Positions 37,009 to 49,759 of a stretch of DNA of 64,000 nucleotides are shown here, in pieces (position 1 is the stretch's first letter; the number at the start of each line of letters is the position of its first letter). The notes below the pieces were generated by a model. That model saw only the letters and a list, made by a program, of their open reading frames with translations. It did no database searches and was not told the origin of the DNA. Origin of the DNA: Pseudovirgaria hyperparasitica (Eukaryota); assembly GCA_010093815.1 (NCBI GenBank), contig ML996580.1. One strand, given 5' to 3'. Both the position numbers and the translations under genes were made by a program.

Positions 37009-39006
37009 TTATACTTTCTCTCCGTGTAGTAATATGCGGTATATACAAGTCCAATCCTGGCCATAGTTCGATGTGACTCTCACCACCAAGCGATTCACCG
37101 CGACACCTAGGTCTTTCATACTGATGTCCAGATCAAAGTTCTGCACATGGTTCGGCGCGTCCACATCGTACGTGAATTTTCCCACACACACCATATCCTT
37201 GTGCCCCCTGCCCGGCGGCGAACACTCGTCCTCGCTGCCAAATATCGCCGCACGCGCGGCTCCGACGGCCTCCCGCTGCTCTGCGTCGTTGATGTGCACC
37301 CACAATTCAATATCCCGTGGCGCGGAGCTCCAGTCGATGAGGCCTTGCTTCGGGTAGTGCTCGAGGGTAAATGAGGTCGGATAAACGCGATGCGCCATGT
37401 CGATACCCAGCTGCGCATGGCCAAGCTGCGACGAGGGGGCGGCACACCAGCAGTCGGCGGGTTCTTGCCAGGGTTCCAGAGCAGCGATCGGCGTGCGAGG
37501 GCCAGGGATCCACATGACAGAGAGGTAAGCGCGAGCGAGCCAAACCTGCTGCTTAGTCTGGGTCTGGGATGTGAAGCGCGGCAGGATGTAGGGCGAGTAG
37601 GCGGGCGAGAAGAAGTTTACGCGCTTCAGGGCGAGGTCGGCGTTGCGGGCCAGGTTTGCTTGGGCGAGGGCTTCGAGTTGGCGCATAGGGAGTTGCTTGA
37701 ATGCGTCTTGGACGGTGGAGACGGCGACAGTTTTGGCTTCGCGGTTGACGCGGGAGAGTTGTTCTTTGACGTCGCGGAGGATGGTGTTGGAGACGTCAGT
37801 GTTGAGGTGAGAGTATTTTGAGTCGAGGATGCTGAGGAGGGTGTCTTGGGAGACGTAGGCTTTATCTGCGAGGGCCGTGCCGATTTTGTCTTTGAGGGTC
37901 TGGTCGTACTCCTGTTCAATCATCGCTTGCACGTATTGCTGGTTCTTCTTGAACCATGCGTCCCAAGTCTTTTCATCTGTCGGAGAAAGGCTCTCTCCAC
38001 CGTGTGACATCCTGCCTTGAATGGCGCTCCATAGCTCGTTGGGAATCTCATATGCATTATCGGCCTTGTTGTATGTCACCGCAATGAGTGAAGGTAGGGT
38101 CTCTCTAAAGCTTTGAAGATCTGTGTGCCACTGTTGCTGAAGTCGCGTTTCGATTTGCTTCTGTAAACTCTCAACGTTACTGAGACGTCGTTCGATATTG
38201 TCAACTCGTGGGGTGAGTGTATCGTAAAAATAGTACGAAAGAGCCTCGTCACCAGTTTCTATTATACGAGAAAAGGGGTTCAATCGGGCGAGCTTGTGAG
38301 GGAGGTATCCACTGGTGATCAGAAAAAGACACATCATGGTGAAGATCGGTAGTATAACCCATAGTGACGATAGAGATAGTCGGTTGAAGGTTTGCTTGAT
38401 GCTTTCGACAGGTGAGGCTCTGGTTTCTTCAATCGCGATCCTGCGCGATGCCGGTCGACTTGACCGGGGAGCATCTTTCGAAATAAGGCCCGTCTCACGG
38501 ATCTCGCCGTAGCTCTTGGATGGCGAATCGAAGAAGCTAGGATCGCCTGCATTAGCACTAAGTCGAGTCGCGGGTGTTCGCGCAGTTCCGTTCTGGGTAG
38601 TGCGTGCCACTCGTCGTCTCGTAGACGTCGGCGGAGGGGGCATCTCCTTCGGACTCGGTGGTGCCTCCACATCGGGCTCCTCTTGTGTTTGATTTGAGGG
38701 CGGTCCGGGGGTCTGAGGATTGCCGCCAGCAGCAGCCTCACGTCCAATCGCTTGACCTCTCTGCTTCTCAATCAAGGAAGCTAGGTCGCCAGTGACCGGT
38801 TGATTGGATCCCACGATCGGATTTCCAGAAGCGCCATATGCAGAAGAGCCCTGAACATTGAGACGGGGCAAATTCCCTTGGCTAAGACGAGCGCGGGTCG
38901 CATTCGTTCTAGTAGTGGCTGTGGTTCGAACTGATACTGCAGATCCAACAGCAGAAGGGGCTGCGCTGGCGATGCGACTCGATCTCCGCGGCGTTTGCGA
39001 AGCCAT
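37009..39006 (-). CDS. SUN-domain nuclear envelope / spindle pole body protein (Sad1/Mps3-like)
   Basis: Disordered N-terminus, single TM and coiled coil, followed by SUN-type motifs VNFFS, DCWC, TLEH, SAPRDIELW and SNYGQDWTCIYR. Intronless. Confidence 0.88.
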   Translation of the reverse strand: MASQTPRRSSRIASAAPSAVGSAVSVRTTATTRTNATRARLSQGNLPRLNVQGSSAYGASGNPIVGSNQPVTGDLASLIEKQRGQAIGREAAAGGNPQTPGPPSNQTQEEPDVEAPPSPKEMPPPPTSTRRRVARTTQNGTARTPATRLSANAGDPSFFDSPSKSYGEIRETGLISKDAPRSSRPASRRIAIEETRASPVESIKQTFNRLSLSSLWVILPIFTMMCLFLITSGYLPHKLARLNPFSRIIETGDEALSYYFYDTLTPRVDNIERRLSNVESLQKQIETRLQQQWHTDLQSFRETLPSLIAVTYNKADNAYEIPNELWSAIQGRMSHGGESLSPTDEKTWDAWFKKNQQYVQAMIEQEYDQTLKDKIGTALADKAYVSQDTLLSILDSKYSHLNTDVSNTILRDVKEQLSRVNREAKTVAVSTVQDAFKQLPMRQLEALAQANLARNADLALKRVNFFSPAYSPYILPRFTSQTQTKQQVWLARAYLSVMWIPGPRTPIAALEPWQEPADCWCAAPSSQLGHAQLGIDMAHRVYPTSFTLEHYPKQGLIDWSSAPRDIELWVHINDAEQREAVGAARAAIFGSEDECSPPGRGHKDMVCVGKFTYDVDAPNHVQNFDLDISMKDLGVAVNRLVVRVTSNYGQDWTCIYRILLHGEKV

Positions 39007-40143
39007 CTATGCGATGCAATGCGGAAGGAAGCTGAAGGTAGCGGTTAGAGATTGGAAGAGCAGGTCATGATGACTTGCAGAGAACTTATGAAAAGAGAAG
39101 AGATTCATGGAGGAAAATTACACAATAAGACACACAATAGCATTTAACGCAGCTATTCAGAATGTTGAAACAATAGCATGAAGCAAGGCAAGTGAAGTAG
39201 GAACTGGAGAAAATTATCACGTACATATGATTCAATAGCTCGGTATTGAACAATAAAGGTCAGCGCGTACTACTTTGTCACCAGATCCAGGGCAGATAGA
39301 TTGCTGCTCGAGGGCCCGAGATGCTTTTCTTCGTGATCTTGCGTTGCCTCCGACGAGGTTGTCGAGTGCTGTGTACAGAGGACATAAAGGGTTCTTGACA
39401 ACAGCGCACAAGCTCCTGCCGGCACTGCAGTCAAATATCCAAGACCTCACACCTTAAAAACAGATTTTTCGAGGATTCAGGAAGCGCTCTGTCTGTTTGG
39501 CGCGTCCCACAAGGATGAAGGAGGTGATATCAGTTGGAGTTCTTTGTTCTTTGCGACGCGTCCAAGGTCGAACTCGGCGCGTCTGGTTGCATGCACGCGG
39601 GACAACTTCGGGTCTACTGTACGTTTCTCAGGCGCTCAGGCTACACTCAGGCACAATTCAGGCTCAACTCAGGGTCAGTGTCAGGGTCCCGCCTGTTCCT
39701 TTTCTTTCTTGGGTGTACCTACCTTATTTGGCAACGAATAGAAGTCTCATCACAAACAAACCTATGCGTCTATTTACCAGGCTTCTCTAACTCATCGATC
39801 ACAGACTTGGGGGACAGTATTAACTTGGCTCGGTCTTCTAGCTCGCAGTTAGAATACATAGGTACCTGAACCACTCCACTGTCGCTGTTTGCATGGGCTA
39901 GCTGGATGCAAGCTGGACCCTGGGTATGAATTAGTGTCTAAGATAGTGAGGGGATGGGACTGAAGCAGCGGTCAGAGCGGCAAGCATCCAGCACATCCCA
40001 CTTCCTTCATGCGCCTGTCTTGGTGTCGTCTTCCACTTCTAACACATCTCTTCAGTCCAATCACTGCCGTATCTTGGTATCTGTCCACTTGTCCTGATCC
40101 TCAATTGCCATATTGTTCGATCTGGCAGCATAGCAATTTCAAA

Positions 40144-41525
<1,382 letters not shown>

Positions 41526-41954
41526 ACTGGATAGACTTGCAAAAATAGAGCGATGTGGATACGCTTCTCCAAAGGTACCATATAAAAGAGACAAAATAGA
41601 CCAAGTTTTGCTCATTGGCTTAGGCCCAGGCCCAGATGATGGAGGTACTAGAGTAATTTTCTGTATAAGACTTAAGCCTCAGGCATCCATACCTCCTGCT
41701 GGCCAATGAAAAGCTCCCCGCTTGAGTCACACATTGTTTCTCCAGTCAACACCATGAGAGTGTTAGCAGCGTGCCCCCACCTCGCAGCTATAACTTCTCG
41801 CGCCTGCAAACCCCACTATCTTGTTGCTACACGGAATTTTGACCTGCTCTGCAACACAACCACATCTTCCCCGCGAACATATCCAGGTCGACCGACCCGA
41901 TCGATTCAGCATATTCACTCCTCTTCGCGAACTTCAATCCACTCTATCGCGAAA

Positions 41955-43313
41955 ATGGCGGAGAGAACCATTGATGAGCTCACGTCTCTGCTCAAGCAAT
42001 CCACGTTATCTAGTCGCGTGCCAAATGAAACGGACCCTGTCAAACTATCATCTGCTGTCTTTCCTGAGGCAAGCTACACCGATGCTGAAAAGGACGAGAT
42101 TTCACAATGGGTCATTAGCTCATCACACCTCTCTTCGACGACCGAAGACGCAGCCAAGAAGACGGAGCGACTCTCTCAATTGAATACGCACTTTGCTGCG
42201 CGAACAACGTTATTGGGTTCTAAACCTTCTGTTGCCGATATCGCTGTGTACCAGGGTCTGGCACCTCAGGTGCAGGTCTGGACAGACGAAGAGCGGACCG
42301 GCGAGCACGGCTACCATCACATCGTCCGTTTCGTGGACTTCGTCCAGAATAGTTCCATCTACGGCCTACAGCTAGATGTCGCGAAAAAGATCAGCATAGA
42401 TCCTGACAATGTCAAGTTTGCTATCAAACCTGTCGATATGAAGGCCGAGAAGGAACGCAAGAAGAAGGAAAAGGAGGCCGCAGCAGCAGCAGCAAAGGGT
42501 GCGGTCGACGCTGGGGCAACTCCTACCTCTCTCAGTGGACAAGCCAGTGACCCAACTGGCCAGGGCAAGAAAGAGAAGGCAAAAGGCAAAGTCGAGCAAT
42601 TAGGCGACGCTGTAGCTGCGGCAGTGGGTAAGGAGACACCAACATCAAAGAAGAAGGAGAAGAAAGAGAAAGCACCCAAGGCGAAAGCTCCGCCACCCGC
42701 TGAGAAGCCCCTTTCTCCATGTTTGATCGATCTCCGCGTAGGGCACATTCTCAAGGCTGAAAGACACCCCAACGCAGACAGTCTTTACGTCAGCACAATT
42801 GCTTGCGGCGACGCTCCAGGCACTGATAACACTTCCGAGTATGAGGGTCAGACTGTGCGCACAGTTTGTTCAGGTCTCAACGGTCTCATTCCTCTTGAGG
42901 AAATGCAAAACCGTAAGATCGTTGCCGTCTGCAATCTGAAACCAGTAACCATGCGGGGGATAAAGTCTTGTGCTATGGTGCTTGCCGCTTCACCCAAGGT
43001 TCCAGAGGGTGGAGATAGTCATGCAGGCCCCGTTGAGCTTGTCAACCCACCCGCCGAGTCCAAGGCTGGCGAGCGCGTATTCTTTGAAGGATGGGAAGGT
43101 GAGCCAGAGCCAGTCTTGAATCCGAAAAAGAAGATTTGGGAGACCATTCAACCAGGCTTTACAACTACAGTTACCAAAGAAGTTGGCTTTGAGGTCGGAG
43201 ACGTGCCACAGCTCTCTGGCGAAGGAGAAGCCAAGAAATCAGGGCTAGCTAAGCTCAAGACTGCTCAAGGCCTCTGCACGGTACCTACACTTGAGGGCGC
43301 TACTGTCCGATAA
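41955..43313 (+). CDS. ARC1: Aminoacyl-tRNA synthetase cofactor Arc1 (GST-like + Lys-rich linker + OB-fold tRNA-binding domain)
   Basis: IDLRVGHI, HPNADSLY, RTVCSGL, CNLKPVTMRGIKS and LNPKKKIWE. Confidence 0.9.
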   Translation: MAERTIDELTSLLKQSTLSSRVPNETDPVKLSSAVFPEASYTDAEKDEISQWVISSSHLSSTTEDAAKKTERLSQLNTHFAARTTLLGSKPSVADIAVYQGLAPQVQVWTDEERTGEHGYHHIVRFVDFVQNSSIYGLQLDVAKKISIDPDNVKFAIKPVDMKAEKERKKKEKEAAAAAAKGAVDAGATPTSLSGQASDPTGQGKKEKAKGKVEQLGDAVAAAVGKETPTSKKKEKKEKAPKAKAPPPAEKPLSPCLIDLRVGHILKAERHPNADSLYVSTIACGDAPGTDNTSEYEGQTVRTVCSGLNGLIPLEEMQNRKIVAVCNLKPVTMRGIKSCAMVLAASPKVPEGGDSHAGPVELVNPPAESKAGERVFFEGWEGEPEPVLNPKKKIWETIQPGFTTTVTKEVGFEVGDVPQLSGEGEAKKSGLAKLKTAQGLCTVPTLEGATVR

Positions 43314-44428
43314 ACAAAATGACTCAACAAAATAATGCCATCAAATGAAATGACTGGGAGGCACAACCGATCCTGCCATGTCAAACAAAGCATGAAGGCC
43401 CTTGCACTGCCCATCGGGTCCATCTGTGATAACAGAAATAAGTAGAGACATACAGCAGATAAGTCTGAGGGTATGAAGTGGCAGCTGAAGTAGCAGATCC
43501 GGCAATAGAGAACTACTAGCGATAAAGACAATCGATTCAAGATTATTTCTCAAAACTTCCCACAAGGTCTAACAGAATACTTCACGTGACAGTTTTCCTA
43601 TCAGTCTGTCAAGGGTATCGTTTCATCCCCGCATGTTTCACGAATCATTCAAGCCATGCCGGAGTTAGTATTCGGGAGCAAATGAGGCGTTGCTCTCAGT
43701 TTTTGAGGGTTTTATGAATGCCTCAAAACCATGGCCATCACAGCAGTATACTATGCGGGTTAATGCACACTTTATGTGATTGTAAGTACTGATCGAAATG
43801 CACAATTGACGATCATCGAAAATTCAACCATATGCCCGAAGAAGGATCGACGCACTTAGCCTTGCCTGCAATAGCTAACAACATAACAGCAGGATGAATG
43901 AATCAGATTGGTTCTAAGCCTAAACGAAGGATCCACCATGGATATTTTTAGCGCAGGACCTCCAAACAACCCAACCCTCACACCACAAATCTACATACCT
44001 CAAAAATGACACGCGCAGAATTACCAAATTCGCAATTAGCCTCATCGTTAATGGGTCTGTGAAAGCTTTGGCTTCAGCCATGTCCGTCACCCACGAAGAA
44101 GAATGAACATATGTCGACGCATGTTGACCGTGCCCGATTGTGTCGGGCCATCCTTGCGATCCTCCCTCCGCTTCCCGTCGCATCTCTGGCGAAAATTTGG
44201 TACTGAGACTAATATCTTCTCAGATGGATCTCCGCTGTAGTGATAGTGAGATGATGTTCAAAACTGCTCTTCCCCCCTGTCATGGGTCTACCTTCATGTC
44301 TTCAACATCAACTACATGTTCTCTTGCTGCCTTGCTCATATTGCGGGTCTGGATCTGGATTGATATTTCTGGGATCGGGAAAACTCGTAAACGACCATCA
44401 TCCGATTCCTGGACGGAATTAGTACAAC

Positions 44429-45640
44429 ATGTCTTCGCCCTCAAAACGAATGAGCTCGACCTTCACAGTATCTCCTATCACCCCAGATTCGTCATGGCCA
44501 CCTCTCAACCGCCTCCCTAGACGGCCAGCCAGTCCGGACCTATCACAATCTCATAGCAATGGCTTTAGGGACTCCTTTACGCTATGGAATCGCAGAAGCC
44601 GTCACCAGAACCTCCGGGATGAAATCCCCAGTATACCCATCTCCCCAAAGACCGCTTATATTCCATACGACCCACCACTGTCACAAAGCCCGCCGCCACC
44701 ATCACCACCACTATCTCCTCCAGCAGATCATCTCTCCACCTACTCAGTGTCAATATACTCGCGACCATGCTCGACACGGCTGACTGCACTATCTCCGCCA
44801 TCAATCCCTCCGCGCTCCCTCGGCCGTCATACATACCAACACATCCAACCTCCATTATCCCTCGCCAACATCGACGAAGTCCGCGCCTCGAACACATCCC
44901 GCCTCGACGCTCCCTTCACGCCCAGCATCCCCGACGACGTCCTTCTGCGTCACACGGGTAATGCACCACCAACATACAGCTCGCACGAACCGAGGCGCGT
45001 GCCGTACCTCACAGAGAGTCAGAGGAGTATGGCAGACTTCACGTGCCGGGCGCACGTGGTGCATCCGCGGAAATCAATCTCCGCCTTGGGCATGACAAGT
45101 GGGATTCTACATGTCTTTGTGCTGTTCACAAGCTCAACGGTTGTAGGGCTGCTGGGCCATTCGATGTCAATGTACGATGAGCGGACATGGCCCCGGGGCA
45201 CGAGTCTGGTGCCTACGATTGTGCTACTTGTGGTCGCGCTGCTGGTTTTGGTGGGCAGTGTAGTGTTGTTGGTGCACAGTGTCTGGCGGATCAGGCAGCG
45301 CAAGATAGTGCTGATGCTGGGTGTTTTGGGTTTGGTATGTGCGTGGACGGCTGGGATAGCGGTGTTTGGGATTATGGATCAGGATGGGGGAGGGAGTGGG
45401 AGTGGGAGTGGGATTCAGGCGTTGCGGGGCGTTGCGTGTGGGATTGATGATAGGGGAGGGATGGGTGGGGACGGAATGTTTGGATTGGTTTGTACTGAGC
45501 AGGATGTTGCGTTTTGGGTTGCACTTGTGGCTGGCATTGTAGAGGTTCTGTGTTTGGCGACGGTGGTGGCAGAGTATTGTGTTGAGTCGACTGCAGGAGG
45601 CACAAAGCACTGGCGAGGGCAGCGTTGGCTTTCGCATTAG
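44429..45640 (+). CDS. Hypothetical membrane protein (Pro/Ser-rich N-terminus, four C-terminal TM segments)
   Basis: 403-aa ATG-initiated ORF with four hydrophobic stretches in a MARVEL-like layout. Confidence 0.65.
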   Translation: MSSPSKRMSSTFTVSPITPDSSWPPLNRLPRRPASPDLSQSHSNGFRDSFTLWNRRSRHQNLRDEIPSIPISPKTAYIPYDPPLSQSPPPPSPPLSPPADHLSTYSVSIYSRPCSTRLTALSPPSIPPRSLGRHTYQHIQPPLSLANIDEVRASNTSRLDAPFTPSIPDDVLLRHTGNAPPTYSSHEPRRVPYLTESQRSMADFTCRAHVVHPRKSISALGMTSGILHVFVLFTSSTVVGLLGHSMSMYDERTWPRGTSLVPTIVLLVVALLVLVGSVVLLVHSVWRIRQRKIVLMLGVLGLVCAWTAGIAVFGIMDQDGGGSGSGSGIQALRGVACGIDDRGGMGGDGMFGLVCTEQDVAFWVALVAGIVEVLCLATVVAEYCVESTAGGTKHWRGQRWLSH

Positions 45641-46533
45641 CAGTTTGTTAGCATACACCTACGTACTTAATATGATGTTTATTTTCAAACACTAACAATC
45701 CGGAAATTACACTGCCCAAAGAAAGGATAGCTGCTCCATACACGCAACAAATATGCTGGTCCTACAATTCACTCACTCCTGAGCTTCCCACTTCCCGTGT
45801 CAAAACACAGCACTTCGACTCGGCCTACTCAAACGGGCGACGTCCAAGTCATACCACACTCAGTCGCCCACAAGAAAAAGAAAAACTTTCTCTGGTCGAC
45901 TACTAAGAGCTCGGTGCCAAGCGCCAACAAACGGATAGATCCACAAGCTCACATGGACAAATGCCAAGCCGCGCAGAGCCTCATTGCGGCCTCGATTGCT
46001 ATCGCACAGACGCGTGCTTCACATTCTGGAACGGCCCCAAAGAAGGATCCGACTGGCTTTTTAAGCGTGCGCCGCAGGGCCGAGGGATTGAGGATTCTGC
46101 TGTGCCGCAGCCAGGGTTATGGCCGGGGGGCCGTGTGTTATTTTGGGCCCAGTTGCTACTTTAACTTTCGGCAACAGAGATGGGTGTGTCTTAGATTAAG
46201 GGTGTCACGATTCTTGAGGACGTTGACGCTGAGACGATGGTATATGTACCCAGATTAACGCTGGTTCTGGAGTGATGATGTTGACACTTACCAGCTGTCG
46301 AGTTGTTGTTGTTTCAAGAAAAGGTGCTCAAGGATCCATGAAGAGGCTAAACTAGACCTTTAAAGCATAAGCGTGGGGGTGAAGAGCTGGTTAGACTGGG
46401 TGGGATGACGTCCCACATCGTTTGCATCAAAAGGTCTTGTATTGACCAAGGATCGCGAATGAATTCATGTCGAATAACGATAGCACAGTTCGACGTCGTC
46501 TTTCGTGCTTGAGATGTAATAGAATCGGGGCAG

Positions 46534-47733
46534 ATGGCGAGAATATCGGCATCCGGTCTGGTTCCCATCATGAAGCGCGCTTGTCGCATGCTTTCGCTGC
46601 CGCTGACATTAAGATACAATGTATTCGTTCAACAGTCCTGTCGATCCTTGCATCTTGCGCCGCCATTCTTGCTGGACGACTATACTCCTCGCTATAATTT
46701 AATCTCGTCCGTAGATGCAGCGAAGAAGAGATCCGCTGCCTACGCGCATCTGCGAGAATGCAACCTATGTCCAAGGCTATGTGGTATAAATAGGTATGAA
46801 AAAACGGGCGTATGTTTGATTGGGGCAGATACTGTTAAAGTAAACACTATTGCGCCTCATTTTGGAGAAGGTGGGTAGAGCGTATGTGTTCGACGTGGCA
46901 GCAGCTGACGATTTGATCATATAGAGCCCGTGATACAAGGCCATAACGGTTCTGGAAGTGTTTTCTTCTCGGGTTGCAATCTGCGTTGCGTTTTCTGTCA
47001 GAACTATGATATTGCCCACCAGCATAATGGATTTGATCTCTCCCCAGAAGAGCTGGCTGAATGGTTTATCAAGCTCCAAGAAGTTGGCAAAGTCCACAAT
47101 ATCAACCTTGTAACCCCTGAGCATGTTGTTCCACAGGTTGCACTGGCTATTCTCCATGCTCGCGATATAGGCCTTCGGGTACCTATCATCTACAACACCT
47201 CATCGTTTGATTCCTTGGAGTCGATCACGCTCATGGACGGACTCGTGGACATCTACCTTGCAGACTTCAAGGTCTGGAAAGACTCTACGTCAAAAGGTCT
47301 ACTAAAAGCAGACAACTACGCATCAACCGCAATGGAAAGTATAAAAGCCATGCAGGCCCAGGTTGGAGACCTTTGCTTTACTGGTGATGGTATCGCGAAG
47401 AAGGGCGTCTTGATGCGTCACCTTGTCATGCCTGGCAAGGAAGACGAAGGCGTAGAAATCGTGAGGTGGCTTGCGGAAAACGTATCGAAGGACATGTATG
47501 TCCATATCATGGAGCAGTACTTTCCAAGAGCACATGTAGGCAAACCGAAACGCCGCGGTGTGAAAGGCGTCACCCCTGGCGGTATAGAGGCTAGCTCGGA
47601 GAGTGAAGTCAGATACGAAGATATAAACAGAGCTGTCAAGAGCGAGGAACTGTCGACAGTGAAAAAGGCAGCGGTAGATGCAGGTCTATGGAGGTTTGTT
47701 GACGTGACTGAGCACGCTGGATTCCATAATTGA
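46534..47733 (+). CDS. Radical SAM protein, PflX-like
   Basis: CNLCPRLC, PHFGE|EP, CxxxCxxC (CNLRCVFC), HNINLVTP, VDIYLADFK and RHLVMPG. Intron about 46871-46925. Start codon uncertain. Confidence 0.88.
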
Positions 47734-47940
47734 GGAAGCTGCTTTGTCATGATGGACCTTTCCTTGCATTTTCATCGATGAGCACTCTTCGACAGCGTCA
47801 AACATTGTCTCAAGAGCATCAACTTCTCCCACTGTCTCATCTCCCAGCATTGTTTCTCGCTTGGACTTTTTGGACTACACATTGTACATTGACAGCGTTT
47901 GCTGCACATACTTCACAGCCTCATTGTCCCCTGGTATACA

Positions 47941-49347
47941 ATGTTCAAAGCTGCTATATCACCCTTCAAGGCGACTCTGGCTCCTCAGACACCGAAGCGG
48001 CGGGACTCAACACAGCCTGCTGATGGATCATCAACTGTTGAAGTGCTAGCAGAAATCTCTGGCAATCTTTACGCACCCGCTGTAACGTCATCGCCAGCTA
48101 ATCTACTGTCACCGCCGAACTTTCACACCGAAGACCTGCAGCAAAGGTTCCTCGTCATGCTACGAGAGCGCGACAAGCTGAAGAGTAAGATCGAGCAGCT
48201 TGAGAGCATCCTTCAGAGAGCGCTTGTAACTATACGAGCACTCAAGCTGGAGAATCGGCACCTAAGCGACGACGCACAGACATATCAGGCAGCGTATCTA
48301 GAGTCACAGGATTATCTTGATCATCTATTACGGAGCTGTGAACACTTCATCTCAGACCCTGCCGCATTCATCAAATTGCGAACTTTGCCCGCAGCAAACC
48401 AGGAGGACCTGAAAGCAGATTGGGACCGTGCTAGCTGGATCTCAGTCCTCGATACGAGAAAACAACTTGTGGAGATTGAAACTGAGATGGATAAGAAAGA
48501 ATATTGCAAAGCAGGAGAGAAAATCGATGAGATGCTTAGAGAAGAAGATATCGATCCGTTCTTGGTGATCGATTTGCATCTCTTAAAGAGTCTGGTCCTG
48601 CGTGGTTTGTACTTCCCGCAAGAAGCGCTAGAGCATGCGCAAAACGCGGTTAGTATTTGTGAAGGTTTGCGACAGGTCGAACAACTCACCAATGACGTGG
48701 CCTTCAACTACCTAGCAAAAACAAAATACTTCTACGCAAAGTGTCTGTATCCCGTGGGAAAATCCGAATCGGTCTCAGCTGCGCTCCAATGCGCCGCAGT
48801 CGTTGACGGAGATGAAGATAGCGAAGAAATCAAGCTTTGGAAGACTCATGTTTGGGACGAGTGGCGGAAATTTGGTTTCGAAGACGACAAATTAGCAGAA
48901 CGACCCGATCAGTCGGAACAGGCATCTATTTCGACAAAGAGTGATGAGACAGGCTTAGTGTTAGTTGCTAACACTACAAAGTCCACCTCTCATCCATCGA
49001 AACGTCTTAGCGATTTTACTGACTTACTGAAAGGGATGCCACAGTCGACCAGCCGGCGGAGAAGGCAGAGTCATTATGAAGACACAGAAACGCTCAGACA
49101 GACGCAAAGGTCGCGTAACTCATCCTCAAAACGACCCCTGACGAGATCACACCCCCCCTTTTCCACAAAAGACGTTCTGTACTGGGTGTCAGAATTTGAA
49201 CTTGACCCCGCTCTTGACAAGATCACCGAGAACAGATGTGACACATCGCCGATGGAGAACATAGGATGCGATATAGACCTCCCATACGACCAACAGCATC
49301 ATCAAAGGGTATTAACGAGTATATTTGAAGTGCCTTGTATAGTGTAG
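47941..49347 (+). CDS. Hypothetical protein (coiled coil followed by a helical, TPR-like region)
   Basis: Long uninterrupted ORF. No family recognised. Confidence 0.6.
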   Translation: MFKAAISPFKATLAPQTPKRRDSTQPADGSSTVEVLAEISGNLYAPAVTSSPANLLSPPNFHTEDLQQRFLVMLRERDKLKSKIEQLESILQRALVTIRALKLENRHLSDDAQTYQAAYLESQDYLDHLLRSCEHFISDPAAFIKLRTLPAANQEDLKADWDRASWISVLDTRKQLVEIETEMDKKEYCKAGEKIDEMLREEDIDPFLVIDLHLLKSLVLRGLYFPQEALEHAQNAVSICEGLRQVEQLTNDVAFNYLAKTKYFYAKCLYPVGKSESVSAALQCAAVVDGDEDSEEIKLWKTHVWDEWRKFGFEDDKLAERPDQSEQASISTKSDETGLVLVANTTKSTSHPSKRLSDFTDLLKGMPQSTSRRRRQSHYEDTETLRQTQRSRNSSSKRPLTRSHPPFSTKDVLYWVSEFELDPALDKITENRCDTSPMENIGCDIDLPYDQQHHQRVLTSIFEVPCIV

Positions 49348-49759
49348 GCTTTGGGTACTGAGTTTTCTGGTTTGTATTGCGCTGGGAAGGACAAAAAGGC
49401 TAAGCATGGTTTTCTTTGTCCCATTATGGCCTTATAGCTACATATGGCTGCTGGTTTAGGCTATCCGCAATCACAGTATGTTGTTGTCCCATCCAACTTC
49501 ACAGTATGAGAGTATATCACGTTCAGCTTAGTGAATTGCGATATCAAATCAGTTTAGTCATCTCGTTTGCTGGCATGGGATTTCCAACATTAGTATGTTC
49601 TGCCACAATTTGCCATTCGTCATCCCATCGTTTTACGTAGCAACGCAATGCGCTGTTATTACTATATAATCTCGCCTTTGCGTCACCTCACTACCTTCTT
49701 GTTTCCTTTAAACCCTCTCAAGTATTGCAAATGCGCGTCGAGCCCTATAATCCGGACAC

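Noticed and set aside
39628..39685. Short repeats with variable spacers read as a CRISPR-like array
   Set aside because: Repeats are 5 bp, the context is eukaryotic, and there are no cas genes.
43673..43730. Two small hairpins flanking AGTTTTTG (Sm-site-like)
   Set aside because: No U1/U2/U4/U5 conserved sequences nearby.
46110..46125. TAACCCT on the minus strand as a telomerase RNA template
   Set aside because: It lacks the expected 1.5-repeat TAACCCTAA, and the intergenic space is small.
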